This document shows positions 43,276 through 54,914 of a stretch of DNA of 64,000 bases, piece after piece. A model generated the notes under the pieces. The model worked only from the letters and a program-made list of their open reading frames with translations, searched no databases and was not told where the DNA came from. How positions within the stretch are numbered: position 1 is the first letter of the stretch; each line of letters starts with the position of its first letter. Both the position numbers and the translations under genes were made by a program. Source of the DNA: Leptolyngbyaceae cyanobacterium (GTDB lineage Bacteria; Cyanobacteriota; Cyanobacteriia; Phormidesmidales; Phormidesmidaceae); contig CBDHHL010000032.1 in the NCBI GenBank assembly GCA_965263355.1, forward strand, positions 3,648,001-3,712,000. The letters are read 5' to 3'.

Positions 43276-43596
43276 ATGGAACTGTATTCTTCAGATACTG
43301 CCTGTGGGCCAATAGCTGATATTGAGGAAATTCGACTAGTGGTGCAAACAGCCGCTCAAAAGAGAGTAAAGGATTGTGAGGCTCTCCTGGCGTTGTTAAG
43401 GCAATTAGAAGAACTCCATCGGGATATTCGTGAGACCCTCTTTCAGGAGTCGTTACCTACTAATCGGCAGCACTTGTATCATTTGCTGCGGGATATTGAG
43501 GTTAATGGTGGATGGCCTTATATACAGCGAATGAAGCTCACAGAGTTACTCAAAACTATAGAGAATGACTCTGGGGTAGAAATGCCGAGTAAGTAG
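43276..43596 (+). CDS. Hypothetical protein
   Basis: LLALLRQLEELHRDIRE...LPTNRQHLYHLLRDIE..GGWPYI, a motif I recall from cyanobacterial proteins. Confidence 0.8.
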   Translation: MELYSSDTACGPIADIEEIRLVVQTAAQKRVKDCEALLALLRQLEELHRDIRETLFQESLPTNRQHLYHLLRDIEVNGGWPYIQRMKLTELLKTIENDSGVEMPSK

Positions 43597-43720
43597 TCAT
43601 GTTTGTCATAACTTAATGGGTGTTGGCTGTTCTATGGCTAACACGATGGTTTTGTGAACATTTACACAAAGGGTGATACAATCTGCCAGTTTTTAGGGCT
43701 GGGTTTAAGTGATGGATTAG

Positions 43721-45289
43721 TTGCTTGAGGTTGGTTGCGGGTTGGCATATTTTTGCAACGGCCCTGTTAGTTGTTCGTCGTGGTATTGCATGGCTATGGT
43801 AGGTCTTCAGCATTTGAGTCATCGTTGTTTAGCAGGGTTGTTGGCCTTATTGAGTGTGGCTACAATGCATCGCCCTGGGTTAGCTCAAGTCGGTGAACTC
43901 AATCGCTATTGCCAATTGTCTCAAGTTGAAGTTGATGCTAAGGAGGACTTACGGCAGCAGGCGGCTAATGGAGATGCGGTTGCGATCGCACAATACGGGG
44001 ATCTGCTCAAACGCCATACTGATATGTTGCGCTCGTGTCGTCAGCGTCAGTGGCCTCGGCAACAGGCAATTTGGCTCAGGCTATATCCTTGTGATTTGCG
44101 GCCAGGGGTTCTGGATGCCTTGATGGATCGGGTGGTTAACCTGGGGTATACCGAAGTTTATGTCGAGGTGTTTTATAACGGTCAGGTCCTGCTTCCCAAG
44201 CAAGAAAACCGGACTGCATGGCCCAGTGTGGTTCAGCAAAAGGGATATGAAAATCGAGATTTGTTGGCAGATGCGATCGCAGCAGGGCGTCGACGTGGGC
44301 TCAAAGTCTATGCCTGGATGTTTACGATGAACTTTGGCTATTCCTATGGCCAGAGACGCGATCGCCAACAAGTATTAGCCCGTAATGGTAATGGTGAAAC
44401 TACGTCAGCCTTTGCCAGTCGTGGTGGTAGTAATAATCCTGAAGAAATTTTTATTGATCCCTATAACTATCAGGCCCAGAGCGATTACCTACGCATGTTG
44501 GCTTTGGTCTTGCAGCGTAAACCTGATGGTGTCCTCTTCGACTATATTCGCTATCCAAGAGGGTCTGGCAGCAATTCAGTTGTAGGCCAGGTGGGCGATT
44601 TGTGGATCTATGGCAATGCTGCTCAAAATTCATTGATTCAGAGAGCCTTGAATAATAAAGGTAGAGAGCTTATTCGTCAGTTTCTCAATCGAGGCTACTT
44701 AACTGATGGAGACCTTGATCGCATTGATCGGCAGTTTCCTAATGAAGCGGAACCGTTATGGCAAAGTCGCAGGGAGAATGGTAGTACGAGCGATTTACCT
44801 GCGGCTGCCCGTCGTCCCGTTTTGCAGTTAGAACTATGGCGATTAAGCGTTGCCCATGCTGTCCAAGGTGTCATTGACTTTCTCAATGCAGCGGCTCAGC
44901 CAGTAAAGCAGCAAAATATTCCTGTGGGAGCTGTTTTTTTTCCCAGTGCCAATCAACCTGTTGGTACCCAAGGTTACGATTCGCGGTTACAACACTGGAA
45001 TCGTTTTCCTACCTCAATAAGCTGGCACCCAATGGCCTATAGCATTTGCGGCAATACGCGTTGCATTGTGCAAGAGGTGCAGTCAGTGCTACGGCAAGGC
45101 AATGCTAGGAATGTTCGGCCTGCTCTGGCAGGAGTATGGGGAAAATCTATCAACAATCGACCATCCTTAGAAGCCCAGATGGCTGCTATTCAGCAGGCCG
45201 CCCCGAATATTAATTCAGTCAGCCATTTTGCCTATTCTTGGCAAGATCCAGAATTTGATCGAGTTAGGAAATTTTGCGCTTTACCTTAA
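43721..45289 (+). CDS. Glycoside hydrolase-like family 10 (DUF187) protein
   Basis: AIWLRL, GYTEVYVEVFYNG, GLKVYAW, PDGVLFDYIRYP; real start probably near 43790-43796. Confidence 0.85.
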   Translation: MLEVGCGLAYFCNGPVSCSSWYCMAMVGLQHLSHRCLAGLLALLSVATMHRPGLAQVGELNRYCQLSQVEVDAKEDLRQQAANGDAVAIAQYGDLLKRHTDMLRSCRQRQWPRQQAIWLRLYPCDLRPGVLDALMDRVVNLGYTEVYVEVFYNGQVLLPKQENRTAWPSVVQQKGYENRDLLADAIAAGRRRGLKVYAWMFTMNFGYSYGQRRDRQQVLARNGNGETTSAFASRGGSNNPEEIFIDPYNYQAQSDYLRMLALVLQRKPDGVLFDYIRYPRGSGSNSVVGQVGDLWIYGNAAQNSLIQRALNNKGRELIRQFLNRGYLTDGDLDRIDRQFPNEAEPLWQSRRENGSTSDLPAAARRPVLQLELWRLSVAHAVQGVIDFLNAAAQPVKQQNIPVGAVFFPSANQPVGTQGYDSRLQHWNRFPTSISWHPMAYSICGNTRCIVQEVQSVLRQGNARNVRPALAGVWGKSINNRPSLEAQMAAIQQAAPNINSVSHFAYSWQDPEFDRVRKFCALP

Positions 45290-45344
45290 ACCATTGCAAA
45301 ATTAACCAATGGAGTTAGTTTCGGGGCTGTGATACATTTTGCTA

Positions 45345-48300
45345 CTATTCCACACCTTCAATGCGGTTTTCCACTTCCTCGTAAAGTTCCTGCAAACGCT
45401 CAATGTTTTCATCGCTAGTTTCCCAGTAGCCTCGACCATTGACTTCCAGTAAGGTAGTCACCATGCGACGGAAGGAATTGGGGTTAAGATCCATGAGCCG
45501 CTTACACATTTCCTCATCTTGAATAAATGTGGTGTTGGTATCTTCGTAAACCCAGTTGTCTACGGCATCAGCTGTGGCGGACCATCCCATTGTGTTCACC
45601 AAGCGGTTAGATAGTTCGCGCACACCTTCGTAGCCGTTAGACAACATACCTTCGTACCACTTCGGATTGAGCAACTTAGTACGGGAATCCAAACGAACTG
45701 TTTCAGATAGGGTACGTACCTGAGCATTTGCAGTGGTGGTATCGGCCACAAAGGAAGAGGGCTTTTTGCCATCATCACGCAGCTGGCTAATCACCTTAGT
45801 GGGATCAGAATCAAAATAATGGGAAACGTCAGTTAGCGAAATTTCAGACGAGTCCAGATTTTGGAAGGTGACATCAGCTGTTTTCAGAGATGCCTCAAAC
45901 AAGTCGCGCGACTGGTCCATAACACCAGGATTGTCGGAGTTAAAGGCAAAGGACTTGCGCTTTAGGTACATTTCCTGCAGTTCGGCTTCCTCTTCCCAAC
46001 TACTGTTTTCAACCGCCAGGTTGACGTTTGCTGCATAGGAGCCCGATGCATTAGAAAAAATCCGAGTAGCTGCTTCTCGAAGGGACAACCCCATGTCCTC
46101 GGCCTGCTTTAGAGCGTGTTTACGGACAAAGTTCATCTCCAGGGGCTCATCCGCTTCAGCGGCCATTTTCACAGCTCGGTCTAGTAGAGCCATTTGGTTG
46201 ACAAATAGATCGCGGAATACGCCAGAACAATTAATAACTACGTCGATGCGTGGACGGCCTAATTCTTCTAGGGGAACAATCTCTAGCTTGTTCACTCGTC
46301 CTAATGCATCGGGAATCGGCTTAACACCGACAAACCATAACATCTGAGCCAAAGACTCACCATAGGTTTTAATGTTGTCGGTACCCCAGAGCACGGAAGC
46401 AATGGTTTCAGGATATTGGCCACCGTTCTCTTGGCGCTGACGCTCTAGCAGTCGATCTACTACGATCTTGGCGGACTGAACTGCTGCAGTTGTCGGAATG
46501 GACTGAGGATCCAGGGCATGCAGGTTTTTGCCAGTAGGCAGAACATCTGGGTTGCGTATGGGGTCTCCTCCAGGACCCGGTAAGATATATTCCCCATCCA
46601 ATGCTCTTAACAAAGAGGACAGCTCATTATCGGCAACAACTTGCTTCAAGCAGAACTGGAGATACTCAAACAAAGGTTTGAGAGCGTTCTCGTCGACATT
46701 CTGGTAACCATGCCTATGCAGTGCGTCTACCCAAGGATCTCGGCGCTTACCAACGTTAAAGATCGTCAGCATCGTCTTGAGGGAGACACGACCTTCATCA
46801 TCTACCTGTTCATTAACGATGGCACCAACAGCAGCCCGAGTGGCTTCATTGATGTCGTACAAGAGCTGGACGTCATCTAAAACACCCAGGTCACTATTGT
46901 TGTAGATTTCATCAATGTCACGTTTGATGCTCTCGGCAATGATGCGCTGCAAACTCTTAAAGCCTTCTTCTTCACGATCGAGACTCGCGATATTCACCAG
47001 GGTAGCCACTGCTTCTTCAGCGGTGGGGGGCTTGCCAATAACGTGTAGACCACAGGGCAATAGACGAGATTCGATTTCCATCAGTTTGATGTAAATCTTA
47101 CCGACGAGGGTATCGCGCTCTTCCTTACTGATCTCGCTAGCGTCGTCTACATCCGGTAGAGGCACGTCGCGTTCCAGATTAACCTGACGAGCTTGTTCGA
47201 TAATGGCATTGACAATAGAAATGGCGCGACCACCTTCTTTGAGACTTTGATAGGAGCCAATTAATTCGCTCAGCTCCTTTAGCCCCTTGTATAAACCTGC
47301 ATTTTCTGCTGGCGGTGTGAGGTAACTGATGGTTTCTGCATAGCCACGGCGTTTTGCAATGGTGGCTTCAGAGGGGTTATTGGCAGCATAGTAGTAGAGG
47401 TTTGGCGTGCTGCCGATTAAGTTATCGGGATAGCACTGTCCAGACATTCCCATCTGTTTACCGGGCATAAATTCCAGGGAGCCATGGGTACCAAAATGCA
47501 GCACTGCATCCGCTTTCCAAATCTTCTCGATAAAGGTGTAGTAAGCGGCAAAGCCATGGTGGGGGCTAGCCGAGCGGGAGAATAGGAGTCGCATGGGGTC
47601 ACCTTCATACCCGAAGGTAGGCTGTACCCCAATAAACAGATTGCCGTAGGTCTTTCCGTAAACCAACAGACTCTGACCATCGGTGTTGAGGTTTCCTGGG
47701 GGTGGACCCCAGTTCTCTTCTAGACGCTCTGAGTAAGGCGTGAGCTGTTCATACTCGGCCACCGACATGCGATAGGCGATGTTTAGTTCGGGACTGTTGT
47801 ACTGGGCTTGAGCATCGTTGATCACCTCAAGCATCAAATCCTCAGCTGATTCAGGCATGTCTTTGATGGTGTAGCCCTGGGCATGCATTTCGACCATGGC
47901 TTCATAAATCGAGCCAAAGACATTCAGGTAAGCAGCGGTACCTACATTACCCTTGTCAGGGGGGAAGCTAAAGACGGTAATGGCCAGCTTCTTGTTCGCT
48001 CGCTCAACTCGACGTAGATTGGCCCACTTAAGAGCACGCTGGGAAATGATTTCAACCCGATCCTGGATAGTAATTGCGCGACCCGTCATGCCATCACGAC
48101 CTGAAACCACAATGGGGTCAATGGCTCCGTCCAGTTCAGGAATTGCCATTTGTAAGGCAACCTGAATTGGGTGCAGACCCAGGTCACTGCTTTCCCACTC
48201 TTCAGTTGTTTGAAAGACTAGGGGCAGGGCCACCATGTAGGGACGGTTGAGTCTCTGTAGGGACTCGATTGCTTTGGGGTGATCTTGACGGGCGGGACCA

Positions 48301-49340
48301 CCTACTAGCGCAAAGCCAGTTAGAGAGACAACGGAGTCTACTAGCGGTTCCTGACTCACTGGCTCATAAAAGAACTGCTCTACCGGCTTAGAGAAATCAA
48401 GGCCACCCGCAAAGACTGGAATGATCCGAGCACCCAAATATTCAAGTTCCTGGACCATAGAAGCATAGTGAGCTTCATCACCGGTTACTAGGTGCGTGCG
48501 CTGTAGTACTAGACCCACGCAGGGAGCGTCATCGCGTTTATGGGAGGCTGGTAGGTCGTGGCGTGAGTTATACCAGTTAAGGTATTCCTTAACATCTTCA
48601 TACATACAGGGGGCGAGGGGATGCCAGATACCAGTATCGGGATAGGTGATGGGTTCCTCGTACTCCATCTTGTCTGGCGCACCTTCGATACCCTTATCGC
48701 CGAACATATAGCGGTCAGCCAGCATCAGCATGAAGTTCTCCAGGTTTTCGGGAGAACCGCCCAGCCAATACTGAAAGCTGAGCATAAAGTTACGGGCATC
48801 TTGAGCTTTGTCTACTGGCAGGTACTTAAGTACCTTTGGAAGGGTGCGCAGTAGCTTGAGCATAGCGTCTTCAAAGCTGCCGCCTTGCTTTTGGCGACGC
48901 TTTTTCATGAATTCGCCAATGGCACTCTTGGACTGACCCAGTTGAGCCATGGAAAAGCTGCCCATTTTGTTGAGGCGCATTACCTGGGGCATGGATGGGA
49001 AAACCACTGCTACATCGAGGTTGTCACGGTGAGGGGTAACGGCTGCAACAACCTTCTCAGCCAGCTCTTCGATAAAGATTAGGGAGGCTACAAAAACATT
49101 TGCTTTGGAGACGTCCTCTTTAAATGCTTCGTAGTTTGCATTGTCACGAAGTTCTTCAATCAGATAGCCACTAACTTCTACAGCAATGTGAGGATTTTTA
49201 GCGTTAATGGACTTAACAGCTGCTGATAAAGCACTTTGATACTGTGGCTCTAAAACGACGTAGACCACTTTCATCAAGGACCGTTCGCCAAGATTCTCGG
49301 GTGAGATATGTCTCACAGTGGGCTTGACGTTGGTGAACAT
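45345..49340 (-). CDS. chlH: Magnesium chelatase subunit H
   Basis: [41 protein letters not shown]; 1331 aa. Confidence 0.98.
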   Translation of the reverse strand: MFTNVKPTVRHISPENLGERSLMKVVYVVLEPQYQSALSAAVKSINAKNPHIAVEVSGYLIEELRDNANYEAFKEDVSKANVFVASLIFIEELAEKVVAAVTPHRDNLDVAVVFPSMPQVMRLNKMGSFSMAQLGQSKSAIGEFMKKRRQKQGGSFEDAMLKLLRTLPKVLKYLPVDKAQDARNFMLSFQYWLGGSPENLENFMLMLADRYMFGDKGIEGAPDKMEYEEPITYPDTGIWHPLAPCMYEDVKEYLNWYNSRHDLPASHKRDDAPCVGLVLQRTHLVTGDEAHYASMVQELEYLGARIIPVFAGGLDFSKPVEQFFYEPVSQEPLVDSVVSLTGFALVGGPARQDHPKAIESLQRLNRPYMVALPLVFQTTEEWESSDLGLHPIQVALQMAIPELDGAIDPIVVSGRDGMTGRAITIQDRVEIISQRALKWANLRRVERANKKLAITVFSFPPDKGNVGTAAYLNVFGSIYEAMVEMHAQGYTIKDMPESAEDLMLEVINDAQAQYNSPELNIAYRMSVAEYEQLTPYSERLEENWGPPPGNLNTDGQSLLVYGKTYGNLFIGVQPTFGYEGDPMRLLFSRSASPHHGFAAYYTFIEKIWKADAVLHFGTHGSLEFMPGKQMGMSGQCYPDNLIGSTPNLYYYAANNPSEATIAKRRGYAETISYLTPPAENAGLYKGLKELSELIGSYQSLKEGGRAISIVNAIIEQARQVNLERDVPLPDVDDASEISKEERDTLVGKIYIKLMEIESRLLPCGLHVIGKPPTAEEAVATLVNIASLDREEEGFKSLQRIIAESIKRDIDEIYNNSDLGVLDDVQLLYDINEATRAAVGAIVNEQVDDEGRVSLKTMLTIFNVGKRRDPWVDALHRHGYQNVDENALKPLFEYLQFCLKQVVADNELSSLLRALDGEYILPGPGGDPIRNPDVLPTGKNLHALDPQSIPTTAAVQSAKIVVDRLLERQRQENGGQYPETIASVLWGTDNIKTYGESLAQMLWFVGVKPIPDALGRVNKLEIVPLEELGRPRIDVVINCSGVFRDLFVNQMALLDRAVKMAAEADEPLEMNFVRKHALKQAEDMGLSLREAATRIFSNASGSYAANVNLAVENSSWEEEAELQEMYLKRKSFAFNSDNPGVMDQSRDLFEASLKTADVTFQNLDSSEISLTDVSHYFDSDPTKVISQLRDDGKKPSSFVADTTTANAQVRTLSETVRLDSRTKLLNPKWYEGMLSNGYEGVRELSNRLVNTMGWSATADAVDNWVYEDTNTTFIQDEEMCKRLMDLNPNSFRRMVTTLLEVNGRGYWETSDENIERLQELYEEVENRIEGVE

Positions 49341-49363
49341 GCAGTTTACTCCTTCCTCTGTTT

Positions 49364-49400
49364 TTAACCTTATCTACGTCCAGAACGGTTGTTTCAGTAA
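49364..49400 (-). repeat. Family A element, right half only, inverted
   Basis: Reverse complement reads ...AAACAACCGTTCTGGACGTAGATAAGGTTAA; immediately upstream of the chlH RBS. Confidence 0.7.
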
Positions 49401-49763
49401 TCACGCAACGTAAAAAAACGTTTTACAAAATTGAAGTGGCTACTGTATTGAGAAACACTCAATAACATCTAAATAGGTCTTTAAACCTATTGTGTTTGTA
49501 TCAGAAAATCCCTGCTGACTAGGGATACAGCTATGGATGCGATACAAATTGACATATTGCAACCTACTTTATGTAACGGATTCGTTACATAAAGTGAGAG
49601 TAGTACTTATCCTTATACTTCAAATAAAGTAAAAAAATAAGGGTTGACAAAACTGGTCTTATGATAATTTCGCTGGTTTTAGGATTTTGCCTTTGCCAGT
49701 GCAACAATCTTCCATAAAATCTGAAATCTAAGAGATTTTCTATTGTTTTTTTGGGGGGTGGTT

Positions 49764-50681
49764 ATGCAGATTTTGGTGATGGGTGGAACTCGATTTATTG
49801 GGGTTTATCTGACGCGTTTATTGCGGTTGGCAGGTCATGAGGTGACGCTGCTGAACCGGGGCAATCGGCCTGCGCCTGAAGGGGTGGAAGTGGTGAGGTG
49901 CGATCGCAAATCCCCCGATACTCTCAAAGCAGCCTTATCTAACAGAGCCTTTGACGTCATCTATGACAATAACGGTCGCGAGCTGAGCGACACCCAGCCC
50001 TTGGTTGAACTCTTTGGAGGCACCGTCAAGCAATTTATTTACGTCAGCTCAGCCGGTGTTTATCTCAAAAGCGATCAGATGCCCCATATTGAGGGCGACC
50101 CCGTTGACCCCAACAGCCGTCATAAAGGTAAGCACCACACCGAAGATTATCTAATGCGTCAGGGTGTCCCCTTCACCTCCATTCGACCGGTCTATATCTA
50201 TGGGCCAAAAAACTATAACCCAGTGGAAAAATGGTTTTTTGATCGCCTCAGCCATGACCGTCCATTACTTATTCCAGGGGATGGTAAAGCGATCACTCAG
50301 CTAGGTCACTGTGAAGACTTGGCCCGAGCCATGGTGGCTGTCTTAGGTAACCCCAAGGCCATTGGTCAGATTTACAACATTTCAGGGAATCGCTATGTCA
50401 CTTTTGATGGCTTGGCCCATGCCTGTGCTGACGCCATGGGTAAGGCAGCTCCAGATATTCGCCATTATGACCCGAAGCAATTTGACTTTGGTAAGCGTAA
50501 GGCCTTTCCCATGCGGGTACAGCACTTTTTTGCGGCCATTAACAAAGCCCAACGCGAGCTTGATTGGTATCCTCGCTATAGTTTGGTCAATGGCCTCAAA
50601 GATTCCTATCAGAACGATTACTTGCAGTCGGAGCAATCGGTGGACTTTGATTTAGACGAACAAATTCTGGCAGCTATGTAG
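49764..50681 (+). CDS. NAD-dependent epimerase/dehydratase family (CSP41-like RNA-binding)
   Basis: ILVMGGTRFIG, YDNNGRE, SSAGVY, FDFGKRKAFPMR. Confidence 0.9.
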   Translation: MQILVMGGTRFIGVYLTRLLRLAGHEVTLLNRGNRPAPEGVEVVRCDRKSPDTLKAALSNRAFDVIYDNNGRELSDTQPLVELFGGTVKQFIYVSSAGVYLKSDQMPHIEGDPVDPNSRHKGKHHTEDYLMRQGVPFTSIRPVYIYGPKNYNPVEKWFFDRLSHDRPLLIPGDGKAITQLGHCEDLARAMVAVLGNPKAIGQIYNISGNRYVTFDGLAHACADAMGKAAPDIRHYDPKQFDFGKRKAFPMRVQHFFAAINKAQRELDWYPRYSLVNGLKDSYQNDYLQSEQSVDFDLDEQILAAM

Positions 50682-50722
50682 CCTTATCAGGCGGCCCAAC
50701 CCTCCCTAGAACCGAAATCCAG

Positions 50723-50738
50723 GTTCGGTAACCCCCCC
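50723..50738 (+). promoter_or_regulatory. K-box candidate upstream of dnaK
   Basis: GTTCGG-TAAC-CCCCCC versus recalled consensus GTTCGG-NNAN-CCNNAC (1 mismatch). Confidence 0.6.
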
Positions 50739-50885
50739 TTCAGGGAATTGCTCAGGATTAGCACTATAGTAATGAGCTTTTAAGAAACCAATTTTCAGGT
50801 TTGTGTAGGAGCAACGCTATTGCTGATTGATGGGATATGCCTAAATCAGTAGAGCTAAGGATATGATTCAGCCGGAGCAATTGAT

Positions 50886-52799
50886 ATGGGAAAAGTAGTT
50901 GGAATTGACTTAGGTACTACAAACTCTGTAGTCGCTGTAATGGAAGGGGGTAAGCCCACTGTAATTGCAAACGCAGAAGGCTTTCGTACCACACCCTCTG
51001 TGGTTGCCTATGCCAAGAGTGGCGACCGCTTAGTGGGGCAAATTGCCAAGCGTCAAGCTGTCATGAACCCCATGAATACGTTTTATTCCGTAAAGCGTTT
51101 CATCGGTCGTCGCAATGACGAAGTTGGTAACGAGTCTTCAGAAGTTCCTTATAACGTTCTAAACGTCAACGGCAATGTAAAAATTGAGTGCACCAACGCT
51201 GATAAGCAGTTTGCCCCCGAAGAAATTTCTGCCCAGGTATTGCGTAAGCTTGCGGATGACGCCAGTAAGTATCTCGGTGACCAGGTCACTCAGGCAGTGA
51301 TTACTGTTCCCGCTTACTTTAACGACTCCCAGCGTCAGGCAACTAAGGATGCTGGTCGAATTGCTGGTCTAGAAGTATTACGGATTATCAACGAACCAAC
51401 GGCGGCTGCCTTGGCCTATGGCTTGGATAAGAAGAGCAATGAGACCATTCTGGTTTTTGACTTGGGGGGTGGTACCTTCGACGTTTCTATTCTGGAAGTA
51501 GGCGACGGTGTCTTTGAAGTATTGTCTACATCTGGTGATACCCACCTGGGGGGTGACGACTTTGACAAGAAGATCGTGGATCACTTGGCTGAGCAGTTTA
51601 TGTCTCAGGAAGGTATTGACCTGCGTAAGGACAAGCAAGCGCTACAGCGCTTAACTGAGGCAGCTGAAAAAGCCAAGATTGAGCTTTCTAGCGTTACCCA
51701 GGCAGAAATCAACCTGCCCTTTATTACTGCTACTCAGGATGGTCCTAAGCACCTTGACCTTACCTTGACTCGGGCACAGTTTGAAGAGCTAGCGTCTGAT
51801 CTAATTGACCGTTGTGGTGTCCCGGTAGAAAACGCTATTCGCGATGCCAAGCTGGCTAAGGGGGACATCAATGAAGTTGTACTGGTGGGTGGTTCCACTC
51901 GTATTCCTGCGGTTCAAGAGCTAGTCACTAAGATCTTGGGTAAAGAGCCCAACCAGAGTGTTAACCCTGACGAAGTGGTTGCCATTGGGGCGGCGATTCA
52001 GGGGGGTGTCTTGGCAGGTGAAGTCAAGGATATCTTGCTGCTCGACGTGACGCCTCTATCCTTGGGTGTAGAAACTCTGGGGGGTGTCATGACTAAGCTA
52101 ATCCCCAGAAATACCACAATTCCTACCAAGAAGTCTGAGGTATTCTCCACAGCGGTAGACGGTCAGACTAACGTTGAAATTCATGTGCTCCAGGGTGAGC
52201 GTGAGATGGCCAACGATAATAAAGACCTGGGTGTGTTCCGTCTAGATGGAATTCCGCCTGCGCCCCGTGGGGTACCTCAAATTGAGGTCACATTTGATAT
52301 CGATGCCAACGGTATTTTGAACGTCACCGCTAAGGATAAGGGTACTGGTAAGGAACAGTCTATTAGTATCACGGGTGCGTCCACCCTCTCTGACGATGAA
52401 GTTGACCGGATGGTGCGAGATGCGGAAGCCAATGCCTCTGCTGATAAAGAGCGCCGCGATAAGATCGATGTCAAGAACCAGGCCGATTCGTTGGTTTACC
52501 AGGCTGAGAAGCAAATGGGTGAATTGGGCGATAAGGTTTCTGAGGATGATAAGTCCAAAGTGGAAACTGAGATTGCCAGTTTGAAGGACGCGCTTGCATC
52601 CGATGATGCTGACAAGATCAAAGCAGGCACTGAGTCGTTACAGCAAGCACTATTTGCCTTGAGCAGCAGTATGTACGGCGGTGCTGATGCAGCAGCAGCG
52701 GCGGCTGATCCAGGCGCTGCTGGCGGTGGTGATGCCCCCAGCGGTGGCGGTGACGACGATGTCATTGATGCCGAATTCTCAGAAGAAAACGATAAGTAA
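50886..52799 (+). CDS. dnaK: Hsp70 chaperone DnaK (DnaK2 type)
   Basis: [26 protein letters not shown]-terminal DDDVIDAEF. Confidence 0.99.
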   Translation: MGKVVGIDLGTTNSVVAVMEGGKPTVIANAEGFRTTPSVVAYAKSGDRLVGQIAKRQAVMNPMNTFYSVKRFIGRRNDEVGNESSEVPYNVLNVNGNVKIECTNADKQFAPEEISAQVLRKLADDASKYLGDQVTQAVITVPAYFNDSQRQATKDAGRIAGLEVLRIINEPTAAALAYGLDKKSNETILVFDLGGGTFDVSILEVGDGVFEVLSTSGDTHLGGDDFDKKIVDHLAEQFMSQEGIDLRKDKQALQRLTEAAEKAKIELSSVTQAEINLPFITATQDGPKHLDLTLTRAQFEELASDLIDRCGVPVENAIRDAKLAKGDINEVVLVGGSTRIPAVQELVTKILGKEPNQSVNPDEVVAIGAAIQGGVLAGEVKDILLLDVTPLSLGVETLGGVMTKLIPRNTTIPTKKSEVFSTAVDGQTNVEIHVLQGEREMANDNKDLGVFRLDGIPPAPRGVPQIEVTFDIDANGILNVTAKDKGTGKEQSISITGASTLSDDEVDRMVRDAEANASADKERRDKIDVKNQADSLVYQAEKQMGELGDKVSEDDKSKVETEIASLKDALASDDADKIKAGTESLQQALFALSSSMYGGADAAAAAADPGAAGGGDAPSGGGDDDVIDAEFSEENDK

Positions 52800-52876
52800 C
52801 TTCAACCACCACGGCGGCTCTCCTTTTAGGATTAGCTGCCGTGGCATAGCCGACAAACTTGCTCCGGCTAGCAAGG

Positions 52877-52907
52877 GGGTGGATGGTTTTACCATTCACC
52901 TTTTTTT
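52877..52907 (+). terminator. Intrinsic terminator after dnaK
   Basis: GGTGGATGGT-TTT-ACCATTCACC then T7. Confidence 0.85.
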
Positions 52908-53072
52908 GTTGTCTTAAATGCTTTGTAACCTCTGTCAGGTTAGTTCAGGCAATAGATATGCCCAAAAGTCTCTAATGACAACAGCTAACCTGATCCGATA
53001 TCGACGAATAAATTACTGCCTGCAACAACTCTCAGCTTTAGCTCAGGCTTTGATGTATTTACACAAATTTCT

Positions 53073-53086
53073 GTAGTTTTTGATAC
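53073..53086. promoter_or_regulatory. NtcA-type box upstream of the porin gene
   Basis: t-GTA-GTTTTTGA-TAC-a, exact GTA-N8-TAC with flanking T/A. Confidence 0.6.
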
Positions 53087-53374
53087 ATAGACTCTCAGGA
53101 GGGATTCAGGCTACTAATCTATGTTTCCTATTGTTAGGAATTCCTAGTTGGATGACCTGGCAAAAACATTATTTCCAGCTTTCTCTAGACCAGCAAAGCC
53201 AATTTTTATATAGATACATAGGGGATTAGAACATTGCTGTTCATTTCTTAAGAGGAATTGAACAGCATCCTCGGGGATTAGTCTGAGGATGGTTGCTTAT
53301 GTTCTATTTAAGAAAAATTCTTGTTTGGTGATAGAGCTTGCTGCGTTGAAATGTGTGGTGATTAAGGAAAAGAC

Positions 53375-54811
53375 ATGCTTTCTAATTCAATGCGTAACGC
53401 ACTGTTGGCTGGTGCTCTGTTCACAGCAACCGCTGGTCAATCAATGGCGGCAGAAACTGTTGCTATCGATGGTTCATCTTTAGAAAATTCCACGATTCAG
53501 CTGGCTCAAGTAACTAGTGTGTCTGAGTTATCTGACGTACTCCCCTCTGACTGGGCTTACACTGCATTGCAGCGTCTGGTAGAAGAGTATGGTTGCCTTG
53601 AGGGCTACCCTGATCGCTCATACCGTGGTAATCGCGCGATGACTCGCTATGAGTTTGCTGCCGGTCTGAATGCTTGTTTGGATGTCATTGTGCAGCTGAT
53701 TGATGGTGGCGATGGCACTGAGCTTGAAACAGTTCGCCGCTTACAAGAAGAGTTTGCCGCTGAGTTGGCGACTATTCGTGGTCGTGTTGATACCCTCGAA
53801 GCTGATGTGGCTGAGCTAGAAGCTAACCAGTTTTCGACTACAACTAAGTTAAAAGGTCAATTAGATAGTCAACTCGTCATTCCATTTGACGCTCCTGACG
53901 ATGTTGATGAAGTCACGTTCGAATACCGGGCTCGCTTGAACTTCGATACTAGTTTTACTGGTGAAGATCGTCTGCGTCTACGTTTACAGGCGTCTGATGA
54001 TATGGATGCGCCTAATGATTATTTGCTTGATGGTCTTGCAGATTCCAGTGGCAGCGGTGGGGAAGACAATCTTATACTCGATGACGTTCTATATCAGTTC
54101 CCACTGGGCGATCGCATTGACGTAGAAATTGCTCTAAACAGCCGTTCTGCTGGTCAGCTAAACAGTAGCAATATAGTACCTTACGCTAGCAATGCTGTGG
54201 CTGAATTTGGTGAAGATGGTTTCTTTGAGTCCGCCTTTGACCAGGATGACAACTTTGCTATCGGTACTAACATTTCCTTGACCGATAACATCGTCCTGGA
54301 CCTTGCCTTCTCTGCTGATGATACTAATAACTCTGAAACTGATTTCTTCGATGAGTATGAGTACTTAGTTCAGCTCAACTATCTTAGCGATGGGCTGATT
54401 GATGCAGCTGTCGTATTTCAAGATGGTGAAGACCCCAACACGACTGTTGATTATGTCATTGGTGGTCTGCTGAATTTTGACTTTGGTGCCCTTGAGCTGG
54501 GTGGCTACTATGCCTTTATTGAAGGAGAAGGTGGCATCGGTGAGCAAGAAGAATGGCAGGTTGGTATTGCTGTGAATGACTTCTTAGCCCCTGGCAATCA
54601 ACTAGGCATCTATGGTGGCGACGCCTTTGATGAGGACAATGCTCCGTTTAACTTTGATAGTGACGCCGTCATTATTGAAGGATATTACGCGATGAAACTG
54701 AACAAGTATCTGACCATTACTCCTGCACTAATTTATGCTGACCCCGATGGTGTAGATGGCAATACTGAGGAAGGCTTTATTGGCGTTCTTCGGACTACCT
54801 TCAAGTTCTAG
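53375..54811 (+). CDS. SLH-domain outer-membrane porin (Som/OprB type)
   Basis: QVTSVSELSDV.PSDWAY, TRYEFAAGLNACL, NQFSTTTKL, terminal RTTFKF. Confidence 0.95.
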   Translation: MLSNSMRNALLAGALFTATAGQSMAAETVAIDGSSLENSTIQLAQVTSVSELSDVLPSDWAYTALQRLVEEYGCLEGYPDRSYRGNRAMTRYEFAAGLNACLDVIVQLIDGGDGTELETVRRLQEEFAAELATIRGRVDTLEADVAELEANQFSTTTKLKGQLDSQLVIPFDAPDDVDEVTFEYRARLNFDTSFTGEDRLRLRLQASDDMDAPNDYLLDGLADSSGSGGEDNLILDDVLYQFPLGDRIDVEIALNSRSAGQLNSSNIVPYASNAVAEFGEDGFFESAFDQDDNFAIGTNISLTDNIVLDLAFSADDTNNSETDFFDEYEYLVQLNYLSDGLIDAAVVFQDGEDPNTTVDYVIGGLLNFDFGALELGGYYAFIEGEGGIGEQEEWQVGIAVNDFLAPGNQLGIYGGDAFDEDNAPFNFDSDAVIIEGYYAMKLNKYLTITPALIYADPDGVDGNTEEGFIGVLRTTFKF

Positions 54812-54844
54812 CGGGTTCCTGTTCGATTTTTCTCACACCTGACT

Positions 54845-54878
54845 AAGGCCATCAGTTTTAAACTGGTGGCTTTTTTTT
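54845..54878 (+). terminator. Intrinsic terminator after the porin gene
   Basis: AAGGCCATCAGTTT-T-AAACTGGTGGCTTTTTTTT. Confidence 0.85.
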
Positions 54879-54914
54879 GTTGTCTATGGTCGTTTCCTAT
54901 TAGTGTTGCAGAAT

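Noticed and set aside
45287..45344. TAAACC at the GHL10 stop (and AGGTTTA at the sigF stop) as further family A copies
   Set aside because: Similarity does not extend beyond 6-8 bp.
54825..54878. Yfr1-like sRNA (TCTCACAC before a terminator)
   Set aside because: Lacks the full ACTCCTCACAC motif; better explained as the porin 3' UTR.
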